Below are positions 20,521 through 30,297 of a DNA stretch of 64,000 bases, one piece after another; within the stretch, counting starts at the first letter, position 1; each line of letters begins with the position of its first letter. A program made the position numbers and the translations under genes. Source of the stretch: a bacterium (GTDB lineage Bacteria; Patescibacteriota; Minisyncoccia; Phycocordibacterales; Zambryskibacteraceae); contig JAHFOF010000002.1 in NCBI GenBank assembly GCA_023266935.1, positions 68,623 to 132,622 of the forward strand, given 5' to 3'. The notes beneath the pieces are model-generated. The model was not told where the DNA came from and searched no databases. It saw only the letters and a program-made list of their open reading frames with translations.

Positions 20521-20564
20521 ACCCCGTCGCAAGCAAAAGCCCGCTTGTTCACGGGGCTTTTTGT
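20521..20564 (+). terminator. rho-independent terminator
   Basis: CCCCGT...ACGGGG imperfect hairpin followed by CTTTTTGTTT. Confidence 0.5.
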
Positions 20565-20590
20565 TTATTTTGTTTGGTATAATTATTTAA

Positions 20591-21763
20591 ATGCAAGTTC
20601 GTTCTCATATCAGGAGAAAAAGTAGAAAAATATTTCCGATTTATCTCGCGACACTTTTTGTCTCATTTCACTATGCAGCGGTTATCTATATCGGTTCTTC
20701 AAACCTAGAGAGATTTTTCTCCAAAGACATAGTAAGTCTCTTGTTTATTCTTGGGGCAACGATAAACATTTTCCTATTTGTCCTTACCCCCAAAATTTTA
20801 AAAAAAATGAGCGATCGCACGCTCTTGTTTGCTTTTATTTTGCTTGAGATATTGGCTGTGTTTGGTTTGGCCATCTCTCATTCCCCAACCACAATAGCTT
20901 TTATGTTCTTAATACACGAAAGTGTAGTACCAATGATTTATTATTGTCTTGATTTGTTTCTAGAAGATGCCACTCCGGAAAACGAAACTGGTGAAGTTAG
21001 AGGTATTGATTTAACTGTAGTCAATATAGCCATAGCTTGTGGACCGCTCCTCGTTTCGTTCTTGACTCCAGATGGAGACTTTTCTTTACTCTACTTCGCC
21101 TCTACCCTTCTCCTCGTACCCATGCTTTTTGTGGTCTTTTTCTCATTTAGAAAATTAAAAATTGAACCACCAAAGTTGGGCAAATCTGTTTTTGAATTTA
21201 AATTGTGGCTTAAATCTATCGATATCCGTCGAGTCACTATAGCCAGATTAATTTTGCAAATTTTTTATGCCGTGATGGTGATTTATACTCCGATTTATCT
21301 GCACAACACAATGATGTTCAGCTGGAGTCAGATTGGTTTAATCTTCACCGTGATGCTTCTACCTTTTATTTTATTTGAACTTCCTGCAGAAGAGGTGGCC
21401 GAGCATTGGAGTGGAGAGAAAGAGGTTATGACCGTTGGGTTTTTTATTATGGGCATGTCTCTCTTAATCATGCCATTTTTATCTGCAAACATTTTCTCAT
21501 GGATGATTGTACTTTTTGTTTCTCGCATAGGCGCAAGTTTCGTGGAGGTCACCACCGAAGCCTACTTCTTCAAACGTGTTTGGAAAACAGACACAGGTCT
21601 TATTTCTATATTCAGAATCACTGCTCCGGTCTCGATTGTTCTCGGCTCCATGCTCGGAGTGATTGTTTTATCTCTTTTGCCGTTTAAGGCGATTTTCCTC
21701 GTGTTGTCTATCCTCGTTTTCTTCGGGACTCAAATGAGCGCGATTTTGAAGGAAGTTCGTTAA
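20591..21763 (+). CDS. MFS-like multi-TM transporter
   Basis: 390 aa, about 12 predicted TM helices. Confidence 0.5.
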   Translation: MQVRSHIRRKSRKIFPIYLATLFVSFHYAAVIYIGSSNLERFFSKDIVSLLFILGATINIFLFVLTPKILKKMSDRTLLFAFILLEILAVFGLAISHSPTTIAFMFLIHESVVPMIYYCLDLFLEDATPENETGEVRGIDLTVVNIAIACGPLLVSFLTPDGDFSLLYFASTLLLVPMLFVVFFSFRKLKIEPPKLGKSVFEFKLWLKSIDIRRVTIARLILQIFYAVMVIYTPIYLHNTMMFSWSQIGLIFTVMLLPFILFELPAEEVAEHWSGEKEVMTVGFFIMGMSLLIMPFLSANIFSWMIVLFVSRIGASFVEVTTEAYFFKRVWKTDTGLISIFRITAPVSIVLGSMLGVIVLSLLPFKAIFLVLSILVFFGTQMSAILKEVR

Positions 21764-22355
21764 CTACTTCCCCTGCTTTCCTCTCTATTAAATCTGCTCT
21801 GCGTAAATTCTTTATTTGTTTGTTTGAGATAATCTTTATATGGGGAGATTTGTCCAACATTTCTACTAATTTAAACAAATCTTTTTCTGAGTTTCTCCAA
21901 TCTATTTTGATTTTGGACAAATCGAAGGGTTTAGAATAACTCCTTAAGGTTTTTTCTCCATTGGATAAAAAATATTCGTGAAAATAAGATAGGGCCAGCT
22001 CACGGATGGTTTTATAAATCGGCTCTCTGTATCTTAGAACTGCATGGTTGGTTTTGGATATGGCTCCCCAGTATCCCTGCCTACCGGCAGGCAGGCATCT
22101 TTCTCTAAACAAAGTTACTACATGGTCCACATCTTTATCTTCTGTGGTTTTTAAATCAAGTAAAAGTGGTTTGTATCCTTGTTTTTCTAGAGCCAACGCT
22201 GCGATGAGTGCTCCTTCAAAACAATGCGCCCTATTAATTTTTAAAGCTTTAGTCGGAGACATATATGTCTCACCGTCTTTTTCAAAATTAAAAGGTATTT
22301 GATTTATAAAATCCTGAATCTTCTTTGGCGTATTAAGATTAGAAAGTTTAAACAC
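21708..22355 (-). CDS. hypothetical protein, possibly a Cys-His hydrolase fold; carries palindrome copy 1
   Basis: CFEGALIAALALE...DHVVTLF; contains the in-frame LPAGRQG insertion. Confidence 0.35.
   Translation of the reverse strand: MFKLSNLNTPKKIQDFINQIPFNFEKDGETYMSPTKALKINRAHCFEGALIAALALEKQGYKPLLLDLKTTEDKDVDHVVTLFRERCLPAGRQGYWGAISKTNHAVLRYREPIYKTIRELALSYFHEYFLSNGEKTLRSYSKPFDLSKIKIDWRNSEKDLFKLVEMLDKSPHIKIISNKQIKNLRRADLIERKAGEVVNELPSKSRSFESRRKRG
22076..22095. repeat. 20-bp GC palindrome, copy 1 (one mismatch)
   Basis: cctgcctaccggcaggcagg inside CDS 21708..22355, encoding LPAGRQ. Confidence 0.8.
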
Positions 22356-22971
22356 CTTGGAAAAATGTCATGCGATCTTTTTTGAACCAAACCTCCGCAA
22401 TGCAAAATATACTATAAGTGATGAAGAAAGCTGAAACCACGTCTATGGTGTAGTGCAGATGAGAAAGCAAGACAACAACGGCGAAAGTTAAAGATAAAAT
22501 AATAAAGAAAATTCTCAAATATAAATCTTCCCAAAAAAGTAGGGCCATGAGAAATGGCAGGCCAGTATGACCGGAGAAGAATAAATCAGCTCCAAACATA
22601 AAATAACGCAGAAGACTGGTCGGATCTATAGTTATTTGATTTGGAAATGGAGCCAAATGGGTCAAAGTTAAAAAAACCGAACGAATAAAAACAAACAGAG
22701 CTATAGATTTGAGAACAAAAGGCAATCTCTTTGGATGAAGAACGCAGAGAGCAATAATGACCAAAACCAAAAACCAAGTGCCATAAACAAATATTTGATC
22801 TAAATCATAAACCTGTGTATTAGAGAGGACTATATCCGTGACAGAATTTGAAGCGCGTTCGTTCGCATAAACACCAGCATAAAAGTTCACTAGCAAGCTT
22901 CCAAAAAGTAAAACAAAACCAAAAAAGACTGATGTGAGAAAATCTTTATTTTTAAATGGTGAATTTTTCAT
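22348..22971 (-). CDS. PAP2-superfamily membrane phosphatase/transferase
   Basis: SGHTG and SHLHYTIDV match PAP2 motifs 2 and 3; 6 TM. Confidence 0.6.
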   Translation of the reverse strand: MKNSPFKNKDFLTSVFFGFVLLFGSLLVNFYAGVYANERASNSVTDIVLSNTQVYDLDQIFVYGTWFLVLVIIALCVLHPKRLPFVLKSIALFVFIRSVFLTLTHLAPFPNQITIDPTSLLRYFMFGADLFFSGHTGLPFLMALLFWEDLYLRIFFIILSLTFAVVVLLSHLHYTIDVVSAFFITYSIFCIAEVWFKKDRMTFFQGV

Positions 22972-22980
22972 TCGACATAA

Positions 22981-25143
22981 TTATAGCACCTCTTCGTATA
23001 CCCCCATGAGCTTTTTTGAGAGTGATTCTATGCTTTCCTTTTGGGCTAATTCAAGCGATCCACGACTAAGTTTGTCTCTTAAATTCTTATCTTCTAGTAA
23101 CCTCCCAAGTTTAATCTCAAACTCTTCGTCGTTTTTGGCTTTTAGACAATTTTCTCCATCGATTAACCATCCATTATAGACTGGTATATCTCGCACAAGG
23201 ATAGGTAACCCGACCGCTGCGGCCTCTAGAATAACCATGCCCTGATTCTCTTCGTATGAAGGAAAGATGAATATGTCTAAAGAATTAAAAGCTTCTAAAA
23301 CATCTTTGACATACCCGGTGAATTTTATGTTCGCCGATAAGTCTGTGGGCAAAGATTCTACAAGTGCTCCACTATAAATTTTGCCAAACCATCTGAACTG
23401 ATTAGGAAAAAACTTTTGAGCCAGTTTTAAAAAAGTATCTATACCCTTGCGCGGGATAGCTAGGGCCACCGTCCCCACCACTAACCCATCGAGTTTATAA
23501 TCACTTCGTCCAACTTGTCTCTTCTCTTCGCTTTTATAAAACTTTTTTAAATCTACACCATTAGACTGAACTCTGATCTTATTAGGATTAATTTTATAGT
23601 TGATAATTAATTTTCTAGTATATTCACTGGGGCAAAAAATGATGTCTGCTTGGTTATAGGCATAAGCCAAATATATTTTCATAATCGGCGAAAAGATACT
23701 ACTAAATCTAAACACTCCTCTGATATCTTCCGCAGTCACATGAGCCCAAACAATGATTGGCTTGCTCATCCTTCGAGCTTTCCTCATTAGATACAGTGAT
23801 TTGAGCCATGGAGTGTTGGTTTGAAAAATATCACAACTATCATCCCATTTTTCTGTATAACTAATATTCATATGCTCGAGCATAATTTTCTGATTTTTAT
23901 ATGAAGAAAGTAACCCCGTGCCAATATTCTTGAACAAGGCCCCTTTATTAAAATGTAGAAATTCGAGATACAAACAAACCTTTAACTTTTTCTTCGTTAA
24001 TTCAGTATAAATCTCTGCCAACTCCCTCCCCACCCTTTCGTATGAATACTCTAAAGCCAACCCACGAGAAGCGCGGTTCATATCACTCCACAACTTTTTA
24101 TCTTCTTTTAATTTCAATATATTTTTAGCTAAATCAAAAACATCATCTGCTTTGGACAAAAAACCACTTTCTTTCTTCACAATCTCAGATACACCCTTTT
24201 CTCCCACAGCTACTGTTGGGAGCCCAGCACTCATCGCCTCGAGGATAGTCAAAGGCATGTTTTCACTCTTGGAAGCAGTGATGAAAATGTCAGAGGCTTG
24301 ATAGGCTTCGAGCCACTCTTTACCCCTAATAAAACCTGTAAATCTGGCCTTATTTGAAATCTCTAAATCTTTGGCCAAGGTCTCAAGCCTGTCTCTATCT
24401 GGTCCATCTCCACCGATGAGCAGAGTTGTGTCCGGGCTCTCTTTGTGAACTAAAGAAAATGCTCTGAGCACCACGTCCACACTCTTCTCATAGCTCAATC
24501 GTCCAACATAAACGAGAGAAAAATCAGAAAGACCGAGTTTGTGTTTAAGGATTTTTTTATTTTCAGAAGAAGTTTCTACGAAAAAATCTGTATCTATGGC
24601 GTTCGCAAAAATCTTTGTTGGTTTTTTTAGCCCGTTTTTAATAAGTTCATCGGCCAAAGATTGAGACGGGCATAAAACCAAATCACAAAAATTGTAGTAC
24701 CAAACGGTATACTTCCAACTCAAATTTTTCCCAAATGAGTTGTCGAGAGCCACATACTTTAAATAATGGTCGTAGAAAGTATGGTGAGTACCCACGAGTG
24801 GTACTCTGAGTTTTTTTGAAGCCAACACCGCACTCCAACCAACAGAAAACGGAGTATGAGAATGGATGATGTCTGGTTTAAATTTTCTTAATTTGGCCAA
24901 AACTATTGGATCTAGAGGCATAGCCATCCTTTCTCCAGGATAAAATCCTAAAGGTATGGACGGAGAAAAGATAACTTTAAATTTATTATTCTTTTTTAAT
25001 ATTTTTTTATTCTTCTCACTCATCGCTGTCACGACCAATACTTCATGTCCTTGTTTGGTTAAAAATTCAGCCGAATGATACACTCCATAAGCTACTCCGT
25101 TTATTTGAGGAAACAATGTATCTGTGAAAATGGCTATTTTCAT
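22981..25143 (-). CDS. bifunctional glycosyltransferase with two tandem GT4 domains
   Basis: 720 aa; two GT-B family 4 modules (EAMSAGLPTVA and EAAAVGLPILV motif blocks). Confidence 0.8.
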   Translation of the reverse strand: MKIAIFTDTLFPQINGVAYGVYHSAEFLTKQGHEVLVVTAMSEKNKKILKKNNKFKVIFSPSIPLGFYPGERMAMPLDPIVLAKLRKFKPDIIHSHTPFSVGWSAVLASKKLRVPLVGTHHTFYDHYLKYVALDNSFGKNLSWKYTVWYYNFCDLVLCPSQSLADELIKNGLKKPTKIFANAIDTDFFVETSSENKKILKHKLGLSDFSLVYVGRLSYEKSVDVVLRAFSLVHKESPDTTLLIGGDGPDRDRLETLAKDLEISNKARFTGFIRGKEWLEAYQASDIFITASKSENMPLTILEAMSAGLPTVAVGEKGVSEIVKKESGFLSKADDVFDLAKNILKLKEDKKLWSDMNRASRGLALEYSYERVGRELAEIYTELTKKKLKVCLYLEFLHFNKGALFKNIGTGLLSSYKNQKIMLEHMNISYTEKWDDSCDIFQTNTPWLKSLYLMRKARRMSKPIIVWAHVTAEDIRGVFRFSSIFSPIMKIYLAYAYNQADIIFCPSEYTRKLIINYKINPNKIRVQSNGVDLKKFYKSEEKRQVGRSDYKLDGLVVGTVALAIPRKGIDTFLKLAQKFFPNQFRWFGKIYSGALVESLPTDLSANIKFTGYVKDVLEAFNSLDIFIFPSYEENQGMVILEAAAVGLPILVRDIPVYNGWLIDGENCLKAKNDEEFEIKLGRLLEDKNLRDKLSRGSLELAQKESIESLSKKLMGVYEEVL

Positions 25144-25144
25144 T

Positions 25145-25978
25145 TTAGAGTGAGTTAATCGAACTGTTGATTAAAAATTTTATCACTGCTTCGGCTGTGT
25201 TTTGTTGATAATGTGTGGCTACATAATGACCCTCGCCGATTCGAACTGTCTCTGAATTTTTAATATTTGTTCGCATATCGTTCACTTCTTTATCCGAAAT
25301 AAAATTATCATCCGCGCCGACTACAATAAGGGTTGGACAGTTTATTTTATAAATTGTGGCTCTATAATCCATCTTAAAAACCTCGGAGAGCATCCAGTAA
25401 TTTATTGATATGGGCATAGTGGCCAAGCCAGAGAAAGTACTCCTCCAGTATCCGGCATTTGTCTTGGGATTAAAGTAATAATACTTTTTCCTCGTTTGCC
25501 AAACCATAAACCAGCCAAACAAGTTTGTAATAAATCGAATAACTGGATTTAAAGGACCGAGCCAATGATACAGAAACTGGCTAGCATGATTCGTCGAGAT
25601 GAGTACCAACTTTTCTATTAAGTCAGGATTATTTATGGCCAAATCGATACCGATGTATCCACCATACGAATACCCCACTATAATCGCCTTTTCTAATCCT
25701 TCTTTTTTAATGATTTCTACTACATCATTCTTTAATACACCTATTTTGTATAAATTTCTTTTTCTTGTTTTATCAGATACTCCGTGACCGCGCAGATCTA
25801 TGGTCAAGATGTTAAACCCGGCTGATTTATAAAGGGCCAATGTTTCATCCCAAGTAGTGTGGTTTGAAGAAAGTCCGTGCAAAAAAACTATTGTTGATTT
25901 ATTTGTCTGTGGTGAGTTCGTCGAATCCGTCCAATAATAAATTTTGCCGTTTTGAGTTTCTAAATAATGCTCTGTCAT
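25145..25978 (-). CDS. alpha/beta hydrolase
   Basis: HGLSSN oxyanion region, GYSYGG nucleophile elbow, C-terminal His. Confidence 0.75.
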   Translation of the reverse strand: MTEHYLETQNGKIYYWTDSTNSPQTNKSTIVFLHGLSSNHTTWDETLALYKSAGFNILTIDLRGHGVSDKTRKRNLYKIGVLKNDVVEIIKKEGLEKAIIVGYSYGGYIGIDLAINNPDLIEKLVLISTNHASQFLYHWLGPLNPVIRFITNLFGWFMVWQTRKKYYYFNPKTNAGYWRSTFSGLATMPISINYWMLSEVFKMDYRATIYKINCPTLIVVGADDNFISDKEVNDMRTNIKNSETVRIGEGHYVATHYQQNTAEAVIKFLINSSINSL

Positions 25979-26544
25979 GGCTGTTCTTCTTTTTTATTGT
26001 AAAAATATATCCAAGCGAAGATAGAGAGCACTGCGAGGATAATAAAGACTGATGCTATAACATCCATAATGGATTTAATTCGAGTAATAGCATTTGCAAA
26101 GTAAAACCCAATGATGAGGAGACCGAGGGTTTTAGGCAACGTCCCAACTGTGTTCCAATAAATAAATTTTTTAAAAGGCATTTTCACCAGACCAGCAGCC
26201 ACGAGTAATGCTCCCCCAACTCCATGAGCCAGTTTACCCAAGAGAATTGATTTGCCTGGATGAGTATTTAGAACTTTCTCAAGTCTTTCTACATGACTTT
26301 CTTTTATCCTAAAATATTTACCCCAACGACGAACAAAAGGTTCTCCTCCCCATCGACCTATATAATAGTGCAAAGCATCAGACACGAGGTCTCCAAATAC
26401 TATGACCAAGTAAGCCGGCCACCAAGCCAGATAGCCCAAGGATACCCCCGCACCGGCGATAACTGTGATAATAGGCCCTTCTACGAAGGCCGCAAGAAAA
26501 AGCAACCAATACATAACCCCATTGTATGCTACACTCTGAATCAA
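25975..26544 (-). CDS. DedA/VTT-domain membrane protein
   Basis: LGKLAHGVGGALLVAAGLVKMPFKKF VTT motif. Confidence 0.7.
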   Translation of the reverse strand: MIQSVAYNGVMYWLLFLAAFVEGPIITVIAGAGVSLGYLAWWPAYLVIVFGDLVSDALHYYIGRWGGEPFVRRWGKYFRIKESHVERLEKVLNTHPGKSILLGKLAHGVGGALLVAAGLVKMPFKKFIYWNTVGTLPKTLGLLIIGFYFANAITRIKSIMDVIASVFIILAVLSIFAWIYFYNKKEEQP

Positions 26545-27245
26545 TGAAAGACGTCTACCCCATGAGGATAAATAAATATTTGGCTATGAAAAATCACTCC
26601 ACCAGACGAGGGGCTGATGAGCTAATCAAGAAACATCTAGTTTTAATAAATGGTCGCTTCGCTGTCCTTGGAGATAAGGTAGAGGAAGCGGACACTGTAG
26701 AAGTCAGAGCGAATAAAAAAGCATTAATTTATGAATACTATGCTTATAACAAACCAGTTGGCACAGTCACTCTCGCTCCAACATCAGGGCAAAAAGATAT
26801 TAAGGGTTCAATCAACCTCGCTGGAGTATTCCCCGTTGGACGACTTGATAAGGATTCACACGGATTGATTATCCTCACCAACGACGGACGCATCACCGAC
26901 AGACTTTTAAATCCGAAACACACCCACGAAAAGGAATATGTTGTAACTGTGAAAGAAAAACTGCGTGCAAATTTTAAAAATAAAATAGAACCGGGGGTGC
27001 AGATTGAAAATGAAAAAACTCTCCCATGTAAAGTCCAAATCCTCGGCGAGAAAAAATTTAGTATTGTTTTAGGTGAAGGCAAGAAACATCAAATCCGCAG
27101 GATGTGTTCGGCCTTGTTCGCCGAAGTCGAAGATCTGGAGCGAGTGCGGATTATGAATATTAAACTCGGTAAATTGGGTTCAAATCAATATAAAAAGATC
27201 GAAGGTGAAGAACTGGCTATATTTTTAAAATCTTTGGGGCTATAA
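26526..27245 (+). CDS. rsuA: pseudouridine synthase, RsuA/RluB family with S4 domain
   Basis: N-terminal S4 (RINKYLA...), catalytic GRLDKDSHGLIILTNDG. Confidence 0.85.
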   Translation: MLHSESMKDVYPMRINKYLAMKNHSTRRGADELIKKHLVLINGRFAVLGDKVEEADTVEVRANKKALIYEYYAYNKPVGTVTLAPTSGQKDIKGSINLAGVFPVGRLDKDSHGLIILTNDGRITDRLLNPKHTHEKEYVVTVKEKLRANFKNKIEPGVQIENEKTLPCKVQILGEKKFSIVLGEGKKHQIRRMCSALFAEVEDLERVRIMNIKLGKLGSNQYKKIEGEELAIFLKSLGL

Positions 27246-27247
27246 AT

Positions 27248-27691
27248 TTATCTGCTTAAATCTTTAAAAACTTCACCCGGTCTCATGTATTCATCTGTAA
27301 TTTGAGTAATCTTTAAATCATCACCAATATCAAAATTGTGTGTGGCATCTGTCATCACATCATCCAGGTGAGGACCGCATTCCTCTCGAACTTGAACAGT
27401 AAGCGGAATCATTCTTACCCCATGTTTATGAAAAAGTTGAATACGATGGTTGCCAGCTTCTAGGCGAAATTTTTTGTTTTTTAAACCGACGCGCATTATA
27501 AGTGGTTGATGCAATCCTTCTTCTAAAATATTTTCCCAGAGAGTATCCATATCTACAATCGTGCCGTCCATCAAATCCGCTTCTGGAGAAACGTCTCTCC
27601 CCCAATATTTCCAAACCCAATCGGTCGGAACAAGTTCAACCTTACCTTGTTTATATAAAGGATGCTTTTTCCAAAGTTCTCTGATTTCCAT
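27248..27691 (-). CDS. ParB/sulfiredoxin-like domain protein
   Basis: LEAGNHRIQ motif (ParB-type GxHR); 147 aa. Confidence 0.35.
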   Translation of the reverse strand: MEIRELWKKHPLYKQGKVELVPTDWVWKYWGRDVSPEADLMDGTIVDMDTLWENILEEGLHQPLIMRVGLKNKKFRLEAGNHRIQLFHKHGVRMIPLTVQVREECGPHLDDVMTDATHNFDIGDDLKITQITDEYMRPGEVFKDLSR

Positions 27692-27859
27692 ACAAATTTT
27701 TATTTCGCCTTCTTTGCTTTCTTTTTTTCTTTTTTGGGATGGGTATTTCCTTTGGCCATAAATTTAAAATATTTTAACGTCTTTATTATATCAAAAAATA
27801 TGATACATTGAGTATAGAGATAGCTGAAATACGCTTCAACTATCCGTTCACCTCTGATA

Positions 27860-28067
27860 AGGTCATGCGATGGAACCTGTCTTGGTCAGCCGATCGGAGT
27901 CTCCGAGCAAACCCTCGGGTACTGCCCCCTTTCCCACGCCCCAGAAGGGATCAGCCCCTTCCACCCCAACCGAGACCTCTTTCGAGGCCAAACTCGATTT
28001 CCTGCGCATGGCAGGAGTCGGAGCCTCATAAAGTTTCCCCACAGGAAGCAGCAATGCTTCCTTTTTT
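27860..28067 (+). ncRNA. candidate structured GC-rich non-coding RNA (unidentified family)
   Basis: About 200-nt GC-rich intergenic block with multiple hairpins (CCGAG..CTCGG, TCCTGC..GCAGGA). It ends in a GNRA-capped hairpin GGAAGCA-gcaa-TGCTTCC followed by TTTTTT, immediately before a consensus promoter. Confidence 0.35.
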
Positions 28068-28071
28068 ATGC

Positions 28072-28100
28072 TTGACATTATTATAATAATTTGATATAGT
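28072..28100 (+). promoter_or_regulatory. sigma70 consensus promoter for the pgsA-like gene
   Basis: TTGACA, 17 nt, TATAGT. Confidence 0.6.
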
Positions 28101-28138
28101 GGTGGCAAGTGCTCTTTCACTCATACGAGGACACAGAC

Positions 28139-28645
28139 ATGTCAATCAAGTGGATGCCGAACGCAGTGACAATCCTGCGCTTCGTGCTGTCGATTGTAGT
28201 CCTCTTCTATGCCCTACAAGCAGAGTGGACTACGGCAGCAATCTATTCAGCCATTGCTCTTGCGACCGATCCGTTCGACGGATGGCTTGCGGTCAAGCTC
28301 GATGCTCGGAGCAAGTTCGGGATCATCGCAGACCCAATTGCCGACTTTATGCTCACTGCGATGCAAATCGCTGGAGCAGTCTTCACCGAAGTCATCAATT
28401 GGACTACTGTTGGTGTGCTTTGCTTCTTCTTCCTCGCGACATGGCTCCCGGTCGTGCTCACGACTGGCGGAAGCAAGCTGAACAAGCTCGCACTAGGCAT
28501 TAACCGAACATACTATGTGGGAGTGGCGCTATGGTTCATCGGGCTCTACTTCTACATCGCATTCGGTACGGGTGCCTTGTGGCTCGTAGCCCCCGCCCTC
28601 CCGCTTGTGTGGTGGGGTGCTCGAATCAGCATAAGTCATCACTGA
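28139..28645 (+). CDS. CDP-alcohol phosphatidyltransferase (PgsA-like)
   Basis: DPFDGWLAVKLDARSKFGIIADPIAD = D(x)2DG(x)2AR...G(x)3D(x)3D motif; start at MSIKWMPN. Confidence 0.8.
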   Translation: MSIKWMPNAVTILRFVLSIVVLFYALQAEWTTAAIYSAIALATDPFDGWLAVKLDARSKFGIIADPIADFMLTAMQIAGAVFTEVINWTTVGVLCFFFLATWLPVVLTTGGSKLNKLALGINRTYYVGVALWFIGLYFYIAFGTGALWLVAPALPLVWWGARISISHH

Positions 28646-28658
28646 ACAATTTGTACCA

Positions 28659-28690
28659 AACGCGGAGGTCACTACGACTCCGCGTTTTTC
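28659..28690 (+). terminator. rho-independent terminator
   Basis: ACGCGGAG...CTCCGCGT followed by TTTTC. Confidence 0.6.
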
Positions 28691-28740
28691 ATTTCATATT
28701 CTTGAATAAAGCCCAATTCTGGGCTATTCTGTCCCCATCT

Positions 28741-28809
28741 GCCGGATCGTCTAATGGTAGGACACATCCCTCTGGAGGATGTTATCTTGGTTCGAGTCCA
28801 AGTCCGGCA
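28741..28809 (+). tRNA. tRNA-Gln (CUG)
   Basis: Cloverleaf with anticodon stem CATCC/GGATG and loop CTCTGGA; T-loop GGTTCGAGTCC; no encoded CCA. Confidence 0.65.
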
Positions 28810-28811
28810 AC

Positions 28812-29375
28812 ATGAAATTTATATATATAATAAAAAATTTCTTATTGGGACATGACTTTCAGGTTTCTTTTTGGTCAAGTATTGTTGTATCTGCACTTGT
28901 TGGTTTGGTTGTATATCAGTATACTGACGTTTTTAAATCACCAAATCTTAGTTTTGTAGTAAAACAAAATGGATTTTACAGAAATACCATTCTACTTACT
29001 GCAGATGGAGAAAATTATAAAGCAAGGTTTCAATTTGCAATCAAAAATAATGGGAATAAACCATTAAAATCAGGCGAGGGATACTGGCATTTGTATGTTC
29101 AAACAGATTCTCCGACACAATTTTCTGCACCTGAGGAAGAAAATCATAACAGAGGTATAATTTCTGGTACAATTTATCCAAACTCATTCTTAGATATTAA
29201 TCTTGTATACGAATTAATTATAAAAAAAGAAGATGTTAGGAAAAGAGAAATTCCGTATTTCTTTAGTACTGATTACGGGCAATATCCAAAAACAGCGAAA
29301 CTAGATCCAGAATCAGGTAAGGTATTTTTAAAAGATATGAACTATATTAGATTTGAAATACCAGAATCGAAATAG
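28812..29375 (+). CDS. hypothetical protein (AT-rich islet)
   Basis: Starts 3 nt after the tRNA-Gln end. Very AT-rich. The ORF-track start at 28779 lies inside the tRNA. Confidence 0.45.
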   Translation: MKFIYIIKNFLLGHDFQVSFWSSIVVSALVGLVVYQYTDVFKSPNLSFVVKQNGFYRNTILLTADGENYKARFQFAIKNNGNKPLKSGEGYWHLYVQTDSPTQFSAPEEENHNRGIISGTIYPNSFLDINLVYELIIKKEDVRKREIPYFFSTDYGQYPKTAKLDPESGKVFLKDMNYIRFEIPESK

Positions 29376-29383
29376 TTATTACG

Positions 29384-29725
29384 ATGAAGAACTATACTCT
29401 CCGATTCAAAGCGGTTGATAAGAAGAATTTTGATGAAGTTAAGAATGGTTTGAAAATAGTTGAAACTCGTGCAGCAACTGTAAAATATCAACCGATTGAA
29501 GTTGGAGACACTTTAGTCTTTGTTTGTGGAAAATACAGGCTGAAAAAGAAAATTACTAAAAAAGCTCGTTTTAAAAGTATAAACGCAATGGTAAAAAAGA
29601 TTCCATTTAAGAAAATTATGCCTTCAATCAAATCCGTGGCTGAAATGAAGCACGCATATTCATCATATTCAGGCTATGATGAAAAAATAAAAAAGTTTGG
29701 AATACTGGCTTTTTGGATTAAATGA
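29384..29725 (+). CDS. ASCH/PUA-like domain protein
   Basis: GLKIVETR matches the ASCH GxKxxExR motif; 113 aa. Confidence 0.5.
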   Translation: MKNYTLRFKAVDKKNFDEVKNGLKIVETRAATVKYQPIEVGDTLVFVCGKYRLKKKITKKARFKSINAMVKKIPFKKIMPSIKSVAEMKHAYSSYSGYDEKIKKFGILAFWIK

Positions 29726-30297
29726 AAATTTATTTTATAATTTTTGGACTATTGAATCTTTGCGCTCTGCTTGTTCAGTTTGTTCATTCACCCGATATAG
29801 TCGGATTTTTTAGTTTCTTCACTATCCTCGCGAACGCTTGTGCGACGGGGATACTGCTTTATCTTGGACTAAGCCACAAGAAAACTATCTCTATAAAAAC
29901 TGAAAGTTTTTTCGGAGCCACAACAGCTTATATGGTTCTCGTCGGGTTTGGATATTGGATGTTTCTTAGTAATGTGAAATACCCCATGATGCTTCCATTT
30001 GTGAATATTATGATTCATGCGGTCATGCCCATAGTCGTGATTATCGGCTGGTTCTTATATGAACATCAACACCGCCTTAACTTCAAACGAGCCACCAACT
30101 GGCTGATCTTTCCCTTCGTCTGGTTAATCTACACCTTTGTTCGTGGACCACTCGCTCATTGGTACCCTTATCCATTCTTCGACCCTCGAGGAATAAACGG
30201 ATACTCCGGAGTTTTTGAATACATATTAATCTTTACTCTCGTTCTTTACTTTGTCAGTTTGTTTATTATTTGGATTGGAAACAAAAAACAAAATTAA
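29722..30297 (+). CDS. hypothetical multi-TM membrane protein
   Basis: 191 aa, 5-6 TM; AT-rich. Confidence 0.45.
   Translation: MKIYFIIFGLLNLCALLVQFVHSPDIVGFFSFFTILANACATGILLYLGLSHKKTISIKTESFFGATTAYMVLVGFGYWMFLSNVKYPMMLPFVNIMIHAVMPIVVIIGWFLYEHQHRLNFKRATNWLIFPFVWLIYTFVRGPLAHWYPYPFFDPRGINGYSGVFEYILIFTLVLYFVSLFIIWIGNKKQN

Noticed and set aside
27808-28086. 92-aa ORF MSIEIAEIRF... in the divergent intergenic region
   Set aside because: Pro/Arg-rich low-complexity translation typical of a GC-rich non-coding sequence. The region ends in a terminator hairpin and is followed by a consensus promoter. Treated as a candidate ncRNA instead.
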